Program-made: the position numbers and the translations under genes
Assembly (NCBI RefSeq): GCF_964355755.1
Contig: NC_092670.1
Span: forward strand, 5,570,201 to 5,634,200
Length of the DNA: 64,000 nucleotides
Origin: Antedon mediterranea
Lineage: Eukaryota > Animalia > Echinodermata
Direction: 5' to 3'
Part shown: in pieces, positions 1 through 11,085 of the stretch
Numbering within the stretch: the stretch's first letter is position 1
Layout: each line of letters begins with the position of its first letter
Notes under the pieces: model-generated
Seen by the model: the letters and a program-made list of their open reading frames with translations, nothing else
The model's database searches: none
What the model was told of the DNA's origin: nothing

Positions 1-303
1 TTCAGGATATTTTTAAAAAAAATTATATGTTAAAAGTACTGTAAAATGTATATGTAGGCCTAATGTAAAAAAATAAAAACTATCTAATCAATATGTTTAA
101 TTTTATTAATTATTATTATTTTTATTCTTTTTTTTATCATCTTAGATTAGGAGATGTCTGACTCACAAAAACATCATTCATCGGGAGGGACAAAACATAG
201 GCCTACAAAATATGAGCTAAGAGACAACCAAGAAAAACAAGAGGACACTAGGAGGAAGGAAAAATGGAAACCACCAGACAAGAAAAGCTATATAGTACGG
301 TAG
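1..303 (+). pseudogene. Truncated duplicate of the intron end and first ~46 codons of the DEAH-RBR helicase gene
   Basis: 1-292 aligns with about 22784-23060 (same acceptor TTAG|ATTAGGAG-ATG). ATG at 154 gives MSDSQKHHSSGGTKHRPTKYELRDNQEKQEDTRRKEKWKPPDKKSY, then homology ends and TAG follows at 301-303. Confidence 0.85.
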
Positions 304-1189
304 TGATATGACATTATCATGTCCATTTATAGACGCATCACATTTGTCACATAATATTTGATTTATTAGACAGCTTAAGACTGCCAGTAGCATAAAATAG
401 AAATGTTGGGAGCTTTCATTTGCTAATAACAGCGTGCGCATACGTTTTACGCCATTTATAATCGGTAACTGTCAGAACTAAGCTGATCGTTAAAGCCTGT
501 TTTCCTCTCGACGTTAGTCGGCGCTATCGTAACAATAATCGGCGATCTTCGTTTGAAAATGATCAAGTTGAAATAATAACGATAGCGCAAACATTTGATT
601 TCTAGCGTTGAACGTTGAACTTCTTTCTCGACGTCGTCGTAACGCGAATTCATCATGACGTTGAAATTGACTCGACGTGTAGCCTAGGCCTACTTAAAGT
701 GTGATAATTTAATTATAAATCTCGCATTGAATTGATACGGTAACCATAAAGCAGAAACAGAAAAAGACAATAACAACAAGTAACACTTTCTATATTTTAT
801 TTCTTTTTATTTAATAGTATAGGCCTATAGGCCTATATACTTTTATGTATCAGATACTGATAGTAAGTACGTTTTGACAAGTTCCAACTCACTTCGTAAA
901 CCAGTGCAGATTTTGCCTTTGGCCTACCGTATTTATTTGAATAAATGCTTGACGCTATTTTTCAGAAATAAGGTTCTCGACGTCCGTACGTAACTAAAGT
1001 TTATCGTAATGCTTGCGCACGCGCATATCGAGTTGCTTGCAAAGTGGGCGGAGCTTGTGACTTTGCATGCTGGGAAATAGCGTTAAAGTTAATTCGTTCA
1101 ACGTGCGCGCTCCTCCTGCGAAAACTCCCTATATTCTACGCCGCGTCAAAAATTGATGTTTTTTTTAGAATGGTTTTGCCTATCCATGA

Positions 1190-1487
1190 CAATTGTTATT
1201 AATAGGACGTAGTTATGGGATGTTTCGTTCCAAAATCAATCAATCGAACTTTATAATGTAGGCCTACTAGCGCAATATTCTTTGCCGCAAGTACTTCTGT
1301 ACGCTGTGCACATCGATATTTCACCGTAAAATGTGCAATTACATTTTTTTAAATATAAGAAAAAGTTTAAAGTATTTTCTTTCTCCTATAGTTTACATGA
1401 ATTAACGGAGACAAGTTTGACACAAATTGATCTGCATATCACGTGACTATAATCCAATGTCGTAACTCTTTATACATGGCTGCTCTG
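1190..1487 (-). mobile_element. Partial inverted copy of the adjacent MITE (forms a ~600-bp palindrome with it)
   Basis: 1190-1487 is a near-perfect reverse complement of 1496-1795, separated only by CCTTCAAG (1488-1495). Confidence 0.8.
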
Positions 1488-1495
1488 CCTTCAAG

Positions 1496-2310
1496 CAGAG
1501 CCATATATATAAAGAGTTACGACATTGGATTTAAGTCACGTGATATGCAGATCAATTTGTGTCAAACTTGTCTCCGTTAATGCATGTAAAGTATAGGAGC
1601 AAGAAATTACTTTAAACTTTTTCTTATATTAAAAAAATGTAATTGCACATTTTACGGTGGAATATCGACGTGCACAGCGTACAGAACCACTTGCGCCAAA
1701 GAATATTGCGCGCGCGTACGCTAGTACATTATAACGTTCGATTGATTGATTTTGGAACAAAACATTCCATAACTACGTCCCATTAATAACAATTATGTAA
1801 TATTTCAATTCATAATGCATGCTTTGACGACTAAATAAAATAATAAAGTGTCGTGGACATATTTGTTAATATATTGAATAGGTATGAACAATATTAAAAT
1901 AATAAAGGCAAATTATTACAAATGAAATGATGAACGAGTCTCTGAAAGTTTGTGTCAAAAACACACAGAGAGCCATATACTGTATAAAAAGAGGGGTGAA
2001 TTTGTGTGTTTTTTGTATTGGTTCATGCTTTGATGTATCCTGACTTGCATGTAGGCCCTAGCATTTATTCTTTTGTTATTATAGACACAATATATATATG
2101 TTACCAAATTAATACCATTAATAACATTATTTACTAAAATAAAAACGGAATCTAAGCGTTATTTCATTGACAACAAAATCTAAAAATAATGCATGGAACT
2201 ACAGGAAAACGCTATACAAAAGAGACGCGCGCGCCCTCAGCGTGCGAATTCTTTGACACAAAAATGGCTTCTAATTTTCAATGTCGTAACTCTTTATATA
2301 TATGGCTCTG
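1496..2310. mobile_element. Non-autonomous DNA transposon (MITE), hAT/P-type ends
   Basis: ~31-bp TIR CAGAGCCATATATATAAAGAGTTACGACATT; 8-bp TSD CCTTCAAG at 1488-1495 and 2311-2318; no ORF. Confidence 0.85.
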
Positions 2311-2479
2311 CCTTCAAGCATGAAATAGCGCCACCTTAAGTTATGACGTCGCATCAGGCAACAACCGGAATTTGAGGGATAGGCAGTTTGCTGCAGCACG
2401 TCGCTGAGGATATGCCCTACATATATTGCATTTTTACGAAAGCCTATTAGGGCCAACAAAAAAATAATATTGCTTTCAC

Positions 2480-3145
2480 AAATTCGAAATAACGAATTAT
2501 TAATTCGTTATTTCGAATTTATTTAAGTAATTTGAAATTTCGAATTAATAATTCGAAATTTTGAATTATTAATTCGAAATTTCGAATTATTTATTTCGTT
2601 ATTTCAAATTATTAATTCGAAATTTCGAATTATTAATTCGAAATTTCGAATTAGTAATTCGTTATTTCGAATTCATAATTCGAAATTTCGAATTAGTAAT
2701 TCGAAATTTCGAATTAGTAATTCGTTATTTCGAATTAATAATTCGAAATTTCGAATTAGTAATTCGTTATTTCGAATTAATAATTCGAAATTTCGAATTA
2801 GTAATTCGTTATTTCGAATTAATAATTCGAAATTTCAAATTAGTAATTCGAAATTTCAAATTAGTAATTCGTTATTTCGAATTAATAATTCGAAATTTCG
2901 AATTAGTAATTCGTTATTTCGAATTAATAATTCGAAATTTCGAATTAGTAATTCGTTATTTCGAATTAATAATTCGAAATTTCGAATTAGTAATTCGTTA
3001 TTTCGAATTAATAATTCGAAATTTCAAATTAGTAATTCGAAATTTCAAATTAGTAATTCGTTAATTCAAATTTTTAATTCGTTATTTCGAATTAATAATT
3101 CGAAATTTCGAATTAATAATTCGAAATTTCGAATTAATAATTCGA
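2480..3145. repeat. Left subterminal array of ~21-bp quasi-palindromic repeats
   Basis: About 30 units of TTCGAAATTTCGAATTA(A/G)TAA / TTCGTTATTTCGAATTAATAA directly inside the left terminus. Confidence 0.95.
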
Positions 3146-3210
3146 CCTCTGCCCTTTCTAATGACATCCCAACCATCCCGGATGACTTTAGCTAATGCAA
3201 TCTGGTCACC

Positions 3211-4573
3211 ATGCGTCCTGAAAACCATTGGATTAGATTATATTTCAATCGTAGCTTAAATTATCAAGAGATTATTGAAATGTTAGCAGAAGATCATGAT
3301 ATTTTGATAAGTAAACGAACATTAAAGCGAAGGCTGAAAAAAATGTGCCTTAGTCGAAGAAAACGGCATTCTGACGAACTGGAAGTCGCTGCGTTCATTG
3401 AAAGTCAATTACAGACGTCAGGGATGCTACATGGGTACAGGTGGATGCACATTCGTTGCACACAAAATGGGTTAAACATAGATAAAGAGACGGTCAGAAT
3501 AATTTTAAACCTTCTTGACCCAGAGGGTGTCGAAGCAAGAAGAAGACGACGACTACACAGAAGAATTTATCATGTACCTGGCCCAAACTATATCTGGCAT
3601 ATCGACTCGTACGACAAACTTAAGCCATACGGCATTTGTATAAATGGCTGTATAGACGGATTCTCTAGACACATAATATGGCTAGAAGCTTACTTTACTA
3701 GCAGCAATCAAAAAGTTATAGCCGGCTATTACGTAAATTCTGTTCGCCAAAAAATGGGTTGTCCAAAGTCTATTAGAACAGATTTCGGAACTTAAAATTC
3801 TATTGTTGGTCCAATGCAACAATTTCTTTGTAATGAGAACAGCAGTTTTATACAAGGAACAAGTCAGCATAATCAACGAATTGAGAGTTGGTGGGGCATT
3901 CTCAGAAAACACTTTACTCAGTTTTGGATGGACGCCTTTAAACAACAAAAGAATGACGGTAGATATGATGGAGGTCTTATAGACAAATCTTTATTACAAT
4001 TTTGTTTTATGAAAATTATCCAGGTAAGCAGTACAGCAATTACATTGTGTGCTATGCATTATAGTCCCCAAGTACGACAATTATAATAATAATTTGGGCT
4101 TTCGCAACAATTTGAAAAGCAAACAATATTAGCCTAGAATTAAATCACTCCTCTTTTATTTACGATATTGTTTTTTTTTTCACGGTCTAAACTGTCATTA
4201 AACTATTTGTTTTTACTGTACTGTATTATATTTGCCTTTTTTAAAGGATGAACTGGACACGGTTGCAAATGAGTGGAATGCCCATCGCATCTCAAAATCG
4301 AGAAATAGCCATGGTCCGTTTGGACGCCCGACATTGATGTACAATGTACCATACTTATTCGGGGGACAAGAGTGTATTATTCCCGTTGATGTGGCTAAAG
4401 TTGAAGTTTGTGAAAGTGAATCCATCTTCAAAAGCCAGATTCCATGCGATAAGGACGTGTTCGACTTATGTTCCATATTCTTGGAAGAATGGCAGCTATC
4501 GATGCCGAAAACATGTGATGAAGGTTTGCAGTTATACAGCAGTCTTAGAAATATGTTTCTTGACGTCATCTGA
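3211..4573 (+). pseudogene. Integrase-like DDE transposase (N-terminal HTH/Clr5-like region + integrase core), 2 exons, ~379 aa, with a premature stop
   Basis: Exons 3211-4023 (CAG|GTAAGC) and 4247-4573 (AAG|GAT), phase 0. Motifs WHIDSYDKL, IRTDFGT*N and NQRIESWW form the D-D-E triad. In-frame TAA at 3793-3795 where the inverted copy has GAA (Glu). Confidence 0.9.
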
Positions 4574-4899
4574 TCAAATGCCACAGCAAGCACGTGATAT
4601 CACATTATCATGTTATAAATCGTTTTTTTTTTATTAATTAATTGTCGCTGTGATATTATTTCCAATACAAAGTTAGAATTGCAACGAACACAATGTAATG
4701 AATACAATATAAACAATTATATTTATAGTATTATGTTCAGTTGGTGATGATCAGACAGAATTGTGTTATGTAGCTGTACAATACAGTAAAACAGATGTAA
4801 TTTAACAACAACATTTTGTTTATTGAAACTTTAATAACAGTATTTTATTTCTGAAACAATTACAAAACTGTTGGCTACTAAAATTTGATCATAATTTAA

Positions 4900-5246
4900 A
4901 GATATATTGTCCCCCTGAAAAAATATTTTTTTTAATTGTTTTGTTGAATATGTTATTTTAATGTCACATAATAGTTTTTCACTTTCACAAAAAAAGGGTC
5001 TGAAAAAAAAATTATTTACCTAAGAAAACTGTAATTTAAAGCAAATAAATGGTCAAATTGGCTGGAAGACAATGAGTTTTGGGGTAATTTAACTGTTTAA
5101 CTGTTTTGTCTTTCTATAGGTGAAATAATTTTTTATTCTCGTTTTTTTTTCTTATAGAAACAACTTCATTAAAACTGCAAAATGGCCTATTCAAAGTCAG
5201 ATTTAAAAAATCTTTATTCTTCATGATTTTGGGGGACAATACATCT
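4900..5246. mobile_element. TTAA-targeting MITE (Kolobok-like)
   Basis: TTAA|AGATATATTGTCCCCC ... GGGGGACAATACATCT|TTAA; same terminal family as 21505-22055. Confidence 0.8.
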
Positions 5247-8200
5247 TTAAAGTTTTCCAAAACCCTTGCCATTTATGATGGCTTCCTCCATTAGAGTTGT
5301 GAATTCCAATGGATCGTCATATCCACGGGGGAGGTGTAAATCCAACCCACATGTACTGGCTGTCGGGTAACCTCTCATCTTTCGCTCCTTACTAAAAAAA
5401 TTTATATGTATCTGGTTGCTAAAACCAAGAGGGGGAATTGAGTCAGCACCAGTAACAAATGTTAGGAAGTCTCCAAGGGATGTCTTGGTCTTTTTATCTA
5501 AAATGCATAAAAATAAAAATGTTAAACATTATGAAATAAAAAATGTATACTTTTTTCGTCTACCATTTACCCTTTCACCGCTCTTATTAGCATACTTTCG
5601 TTTTGGTACAAGGAATTACAAATAGGGTATAGCGGTATAGTTCTTCAAGGTAAAGTTTGTTCGTGAATACACACAACCTTGTTTCTCTCTCGAAGGGCTA
5701 TATTATATAACTGTAAGGAAATACGGTACTGTATCGTTTCGTTTCGAGCCCTGGGGGTACCTAATTTTACTTTGGATATTCATTCTCAGCCCGAAGGATT
5801 GGGGCGGGGGGTATCTCAACACCCCTCCCCTCCCCCCTGCATATAACGCCCCATCTAGAGTTTACTTTAGTTTACATTAAAATAAAGATATAAATACTGT
5901 ATACAATACCTTCCGACTCTTGTAAGAAAACCTCCAGACAATACACTGTGTCCTCCTCTTGACTTCGTAAATTGGAGCCTGCCTCTGAATATTCAACTGT
6001 CATTAGTGTCTTTAGTACTTGCCGTGTCAGTCTTTTCCCCTCCAGAGTTAAAAGTGGGACAAATTGGTTTGGGTAATCTCTTACATTTTCCCAAAGTACT
6101 CCCAATCCTTCAGTGAACTGTCGGATTTCACTATGTGTTCTAGATTAGGAGAAAATGAATGCACCATGTAAATTATAATCACAATTAGCAAATAAAATGT
6201 GTTCACATTCATACGACCTGTACAATAATTCCAAGCCTTGATTTAAAGTTCAGCAATTTTACAGAAGAATCACCCAGAGCAGCCGTCAACCGACAAATAA
6301 AAACCAAAGGAGAATTTCATTTGGATGGATTTCGATGGATTTTCCTTCACGATGCTTTTAAATCCTAATGCCAAAATGTTTCTCCTGTCCTGAACTAGAC
6401 TTAACCCCTTGTGATTTTCCTTAAGGAAATATGCATAATGATACCGTACTATTTCTTGGATTAAAAAGGGCTAGTAACTAATTGTTTACATACATACATA
6501 TCTATATCTAGTTTACCCGCGTCTAACACTGAATAACCATGTGCTTAAAATATATTATCATTATTAGGCCTGTTACGTTACCTGTAAAACAAAAAATGCT
6601 TTAACAGACTTGACACGACTTGTTGTTTTTGATTGAAATCCGAGTTATACAACGTCATGACTCCTTGATCTGCCGCCCAATCCGATAATTCATGTGAAAT
6701 AGTACGGTACTCATCCGTCGTTTGGCAATTTGCAATCTGGATAAAAAGATACTGTAATCAAATTCTTTACAAATATACAAAAATTTAATACAAATTCATC
6801 GTAAGCCTATTAGGCCTACACGTGTGATAAAAGACAATGTAGGTCTACACGTTTTGCCGCGTGTATTATAGGCCTATTAGGTTTGGGTTAAATAAGTTGA
6901 TTGTGGTTACTGTAGGCCTACGTGTTTTAAAAAATAATCAGACCGTAAATAACAAAATTTATGTTTAAAAAAATGTAAAAAAGAAATTGTATTAATTTAA
7001 CTTTTGCTATTTTAATAGTAAAAGTTAAATTAATAACATTTCTTGTCCCATTTAAAAATGTTATAAATAAAAAGTCCGTTAGGTAACGTATAGAATATTT
7101 TAACATAACACATATTCCCATAAGTTATTTGATGCCTTGTTGTTAGAATGGTAAACGAAAATCACTTGCCTTTGCTATCTTGCCTCGGACATCTATGTCA
7201 CACACACTATTAACGTCCGAAAATCCATTTGACTTTAACCCACACATTAGCTTGAAAAGCTCTGGTTGCAAAGTTGGTAAGCCCGGACCTCCATGCAATA
7301 GACTCCATGCAACGAAACTACCAGCCATAGCATATTTGCGTTGCTCTAATAGCTCTATGTTATGGGTAAAATTTTGTTTCCCCACTTCTCCTTCCAGCAC
7401 TCCCAACTGTTCGCAAACTGCTTTCATTAGTAGTCTATATAAATCAAAGTGCACAATAAGAATTATCAGAAAAGCGCAACCAGTATACATTGTTTAAAAT
7501 AAATATTGCTCAAAATGTTACTGTAACAATAAAATACACACATACATCATACGTGCGTATACACTGGGCATACGAAACCAAAGATACAAAAAAATACAAA
7601 AAGTAACCAACAACGTCCAAACCAAAAAGTATGAGAGATACGCCTTTGTCATTAACTAGATTTTTTGTCTACAATTGCATTCCGGCCAGTACCCCAGCCA
7701 AGTGCGAAGGCTTGTTTCGCACGGTTCAACATCCGTCAGGGGGTATCTGGAACCCGCCGTATCTGGAACCCGCCCCCGCCTGTTACGCCACTGTATATAG
7801 TGTTAATTATAGGGAGTTTTATAAAAAAAATTATACAAATAGCACTATAGTACATTGCAAGAATAATCACCAAGTACTAACAATATAAGACAATGTTTAG
7901 TTGAGCATGCACATAGATATCAGTAATGTGTCCAATAAAGGTCCAAACCTGAACATTTCTCTTGTAGGTCCTCCGGTATCCATAGCTTCTTCTCCAACAA
8001 ATTCGCATTGTACCTTTTTTCGGCAGTTAAAACCATCTTGCCCGTACGCGTATAGGATCGAACGTAAAAACCGTTTTCTGTGGCAAATAACCTTCTGATA
8101 TTCATCAACTTGATGATGTCTCTGGTAATTGGCGAGGATGTCCTTAATTGTTATATCTACTTGATCTTCGCACCTAAAATGATATTATCAACCGTTAGTG

Positions 8201-10457
8201 TTGACGATAAATCATTAATGTCTTATTTGAACTGTTAAAACCATTTGGTGGGGGTAGGGTTTTGTTACCAGACAAGTTACCATCATTCACAAATTAATCA
8301 GTCGAGTCTCGTACGTAGGTGTAGTATAATGACTACAACATTCAGCCAATTTAGGGTTTAACAGGGGGTGGGGGTGGTACAAGGTGGGGGGGGGGGGGTT
8401 GTTTGGACACAAAACCGAACCATGAACCCCCTTGGCTACAGGCCTGTTTAAGCGTCTCCTGAAACATTTGGTACACAAACCTTGTTTCCTGGGATTCCAC
8501 TAAACTATTTTTAATAGCTTGTTGTAGTTGTAAGTCTTCTTCATCGTCTGTATCGTCAGAGTCTGAACATAAATTCACATATGATGTATATGCCGACCTG
8601 TAAACAAAAATAAAATTAAAATTAAAAATCCTTAAAAGAAAGTTTATATGCATAACAGAATACTTCTCATACAAACGATCACGGGTAATGTTCGGAAAAT
8701 TTTAATCGTTGTTCGTCAATCACACCTTACACAGCATTGTGGCATATTTCGAATAATAAGTTTAACTCACTCATTTTTCGATTGACTGGATGTTGAAGGC
8801 ATATGCGATTGACTTGTCGAGACTAAATTCATCATTGAGTCAGTAGGTCTATCAGGTACCTGTAAATGGAGCAATTCATTATAATGCTGGAGTTTACTTT
8901 ATGAATATTGTATTATAAGTGCACGATGAGTTATTTCACCTTTCTGAACAAGTTTATTTACTACCAGAAAAGATGGACTCGGTCTTCTGTTAATTAACAA
9001 AAATGAATCACACTAGTATATCATTGAGTTGTACCACAATTATACAATGTATAACTTATGGGTTTCAATTACATTACATTTTAAATATTACCTACCTTAA
9101 ACGATACGGTTGGTGTGTCGGGCTGTACAAGTGGGCGTGTTGGATGGTCTATTTCTACCAACGGTACATCATTATCCCCGTCGTCGTCATCAGATGACTC
9201 GCCACTTCTCTTTCGTTTTACGGCTTCATCTTTTCTGCCAACTGGAGTGGTTTGAAGGTAGAACCTTAGAACTGCCATTTTGCATTCAGCATACAGCTCC
9301 CCAACGCTCATGTCTTTTTTCAAGGGATGTTGTCGAAAATCACATAGCTTGCAGTTGAATTCGCTTAGCTTTCCTTTAAATGACAGTCCATCCTTAAAAA
9401 ACAAGTTAGTGGCAATTTCTAACAGTTCATTATAATTTGTGGACTTTGGCACTATTAGCTGTCTTGTTCCTCCTCCTTTTTGTTTGCGAACTTGTTTGAA
9501 GCATTTTGATTCAGCGTCGTAGTCCAACCACCCTATATCGATTTTCCGATTTGTTTTTTGGGCATTTTTGTTCCCTAACAGCGTGCTTGAGCGCGTATCC
9601 CAAAGATTTCCGTCCTCTTCCACGTCCTCTTCATCGTCCCTTCTCTTGTTCAATTTTTGTTTGAGTTTTTGTAGAACTGTTTCTTTTTTACTTTTACCTT
9701 TGCGTCTTTTGTCTTTGCAAAATTCGCGTACAGCAATTCTGTCCCCAAGGAGAGGAATAATTACTGAATCAATCTGCAAAAACAAAAGTTGATTAACATC
9801 ATGCATTACATAGTCACATTAAGGGGTCGAGTGAACGTTTCAATATATTTGATTAGGCATACCAATGATTGATCTAAACATTAAACCTTTTAAAATGTGT
9901 GCGTACTGTGTAAAACATCGTGGCATGCAAGCGACCCGTATGTGCTACGTTAAATTATGAATTTTCTTAACAGATTAGGATAAATCATGTATATGTACAT
10001 ATATCAATTTTAATATTGATTAGATAAACACTACAACTATAAGGGAAACAGTTTATGGAAACAAAATTTGAATTTGATGTACGTTTGCCTTTTATTGGGT
10101 GAAAAACTTCAATATTTGGGAAAATTACAGATTTCACAGTACAAACCCCCTTTTTACGCCGCTTATTAGGGGGTTCACAAAAACCCTAAACATTCCCCCT
10201 CTCCCTGGATTCGCAACTGGGCGTCGTGTGAACGTTTCAACCTCATACAACAAAGATGCAGAATAGGACTATAGGCCTATATTAATCTTATAGAGGATAC
10301 AATATTTAATTACAAATATAATTACAGTATAATATTTAGTATTCCCATGATTTAAGCATCATAGACATTGTTTTTTTTTTACCTTTTCATCCCTCATTCT
10401 CTGTATGTACTCCTCTTCAATTCCTCGTTCCTCCATGTATTCATATAACTTATCCAT
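5247..10457 (-). CDS. HECT-type E3 ubiquitin ligase (G2E3-like HECT), 9 exons, 694 aa, transposon-borne
   Basis: Exons 10457-10383, 9773-9096, 8859-8771, 8597-8481, 8173-7949, 7434-7170, 6736-6582, 6139-5910, 5497-5247 join in compatible phases (2085 nt, no stop). HECT motifs FVGEEAMDTGGPTREMF, FLTFVTGADSIPPLGF, catalytic YPTASTCGLDLHLP and C-terminal GFGKL*. UIM-like EEDLQLQQAIKNSLVE in exon 4. Confidence 0.9.
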
Positions 10458-10839
10458 CGCCGTATCTTTCGTGAATTTAATGTAGGGCCTATGGTTTTAT
10501 TCCCCAGTAGAGCTTCTTGTACCGCCAACCGAATTAAGCCCTAATGATTGCACAAACAGACTTTGGTAAGCGAATGGCTACTTTTTTGCGTAAAAGTTGG
10601 AGGCTTCCCCACTATATTATCATGGGGTAATTCAAGTGTATAGCTATAGCGACTTTAGCCTAGTATAAAAGTACAGTTATTGGTTAGTAATATAACATTA
10701 ATGTATTCTATTTTTTAAAAACTTATTAAGATTAAATTAAGGTATGATTAAGTGTTAATGTTAATAGCTATCCGTAATGTGTGTACTCTCCAGTCAAAAA
10801 ACGGAATACACAGGGATGTGCCTTCGCTATTGAAATTTA

Positions 10840-11085
10840 CTGGGTGCTCAAAACAGAGACCTCGAAAACAAAGATCAGAAACCCGGGTCTCTGTTTTGGA
10901 GATTTTAAAAACAGAGACCCCCCACCCCCACCAAAAAAAAAACTTCTCGATATTACATTATTTAAGGGGTATCTGTTTTCCAGAAAATTTCGAAAACAAT
11001 CGAGAAAATCTCGAAAACAGATACCCCCCTATATAACGTAATATCAAGAAGTTTTAGTGGGGGTCTCTGTTTTTGAGACACCCTG
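10840..11085. mobile_element. Short palindromic MITE-like repeat
   Basis: GGGTGCTCAAAACAGAGACC ... GGTCTCTGTTTTTGAGACACCC with internal AAAACAGAGACC repeats. Confidence 0.55.

Noticed and set aside
2480-3145. Palindromic repeat array as a CRISPR-like array next to an integrase
   Set aside because: There are no unique spacers; units are contiguous near-identical 21-mers mirrored at the other transposon end, in a eukaryotic context.
3211-4573. Programmed readthrough or LTR retroelement integrase
   Set aside because: The inverted copy has GAA at the stop position, indicating a simple nonsense mutation; there are no LTRs, gag or RT, and the gene has an intron.
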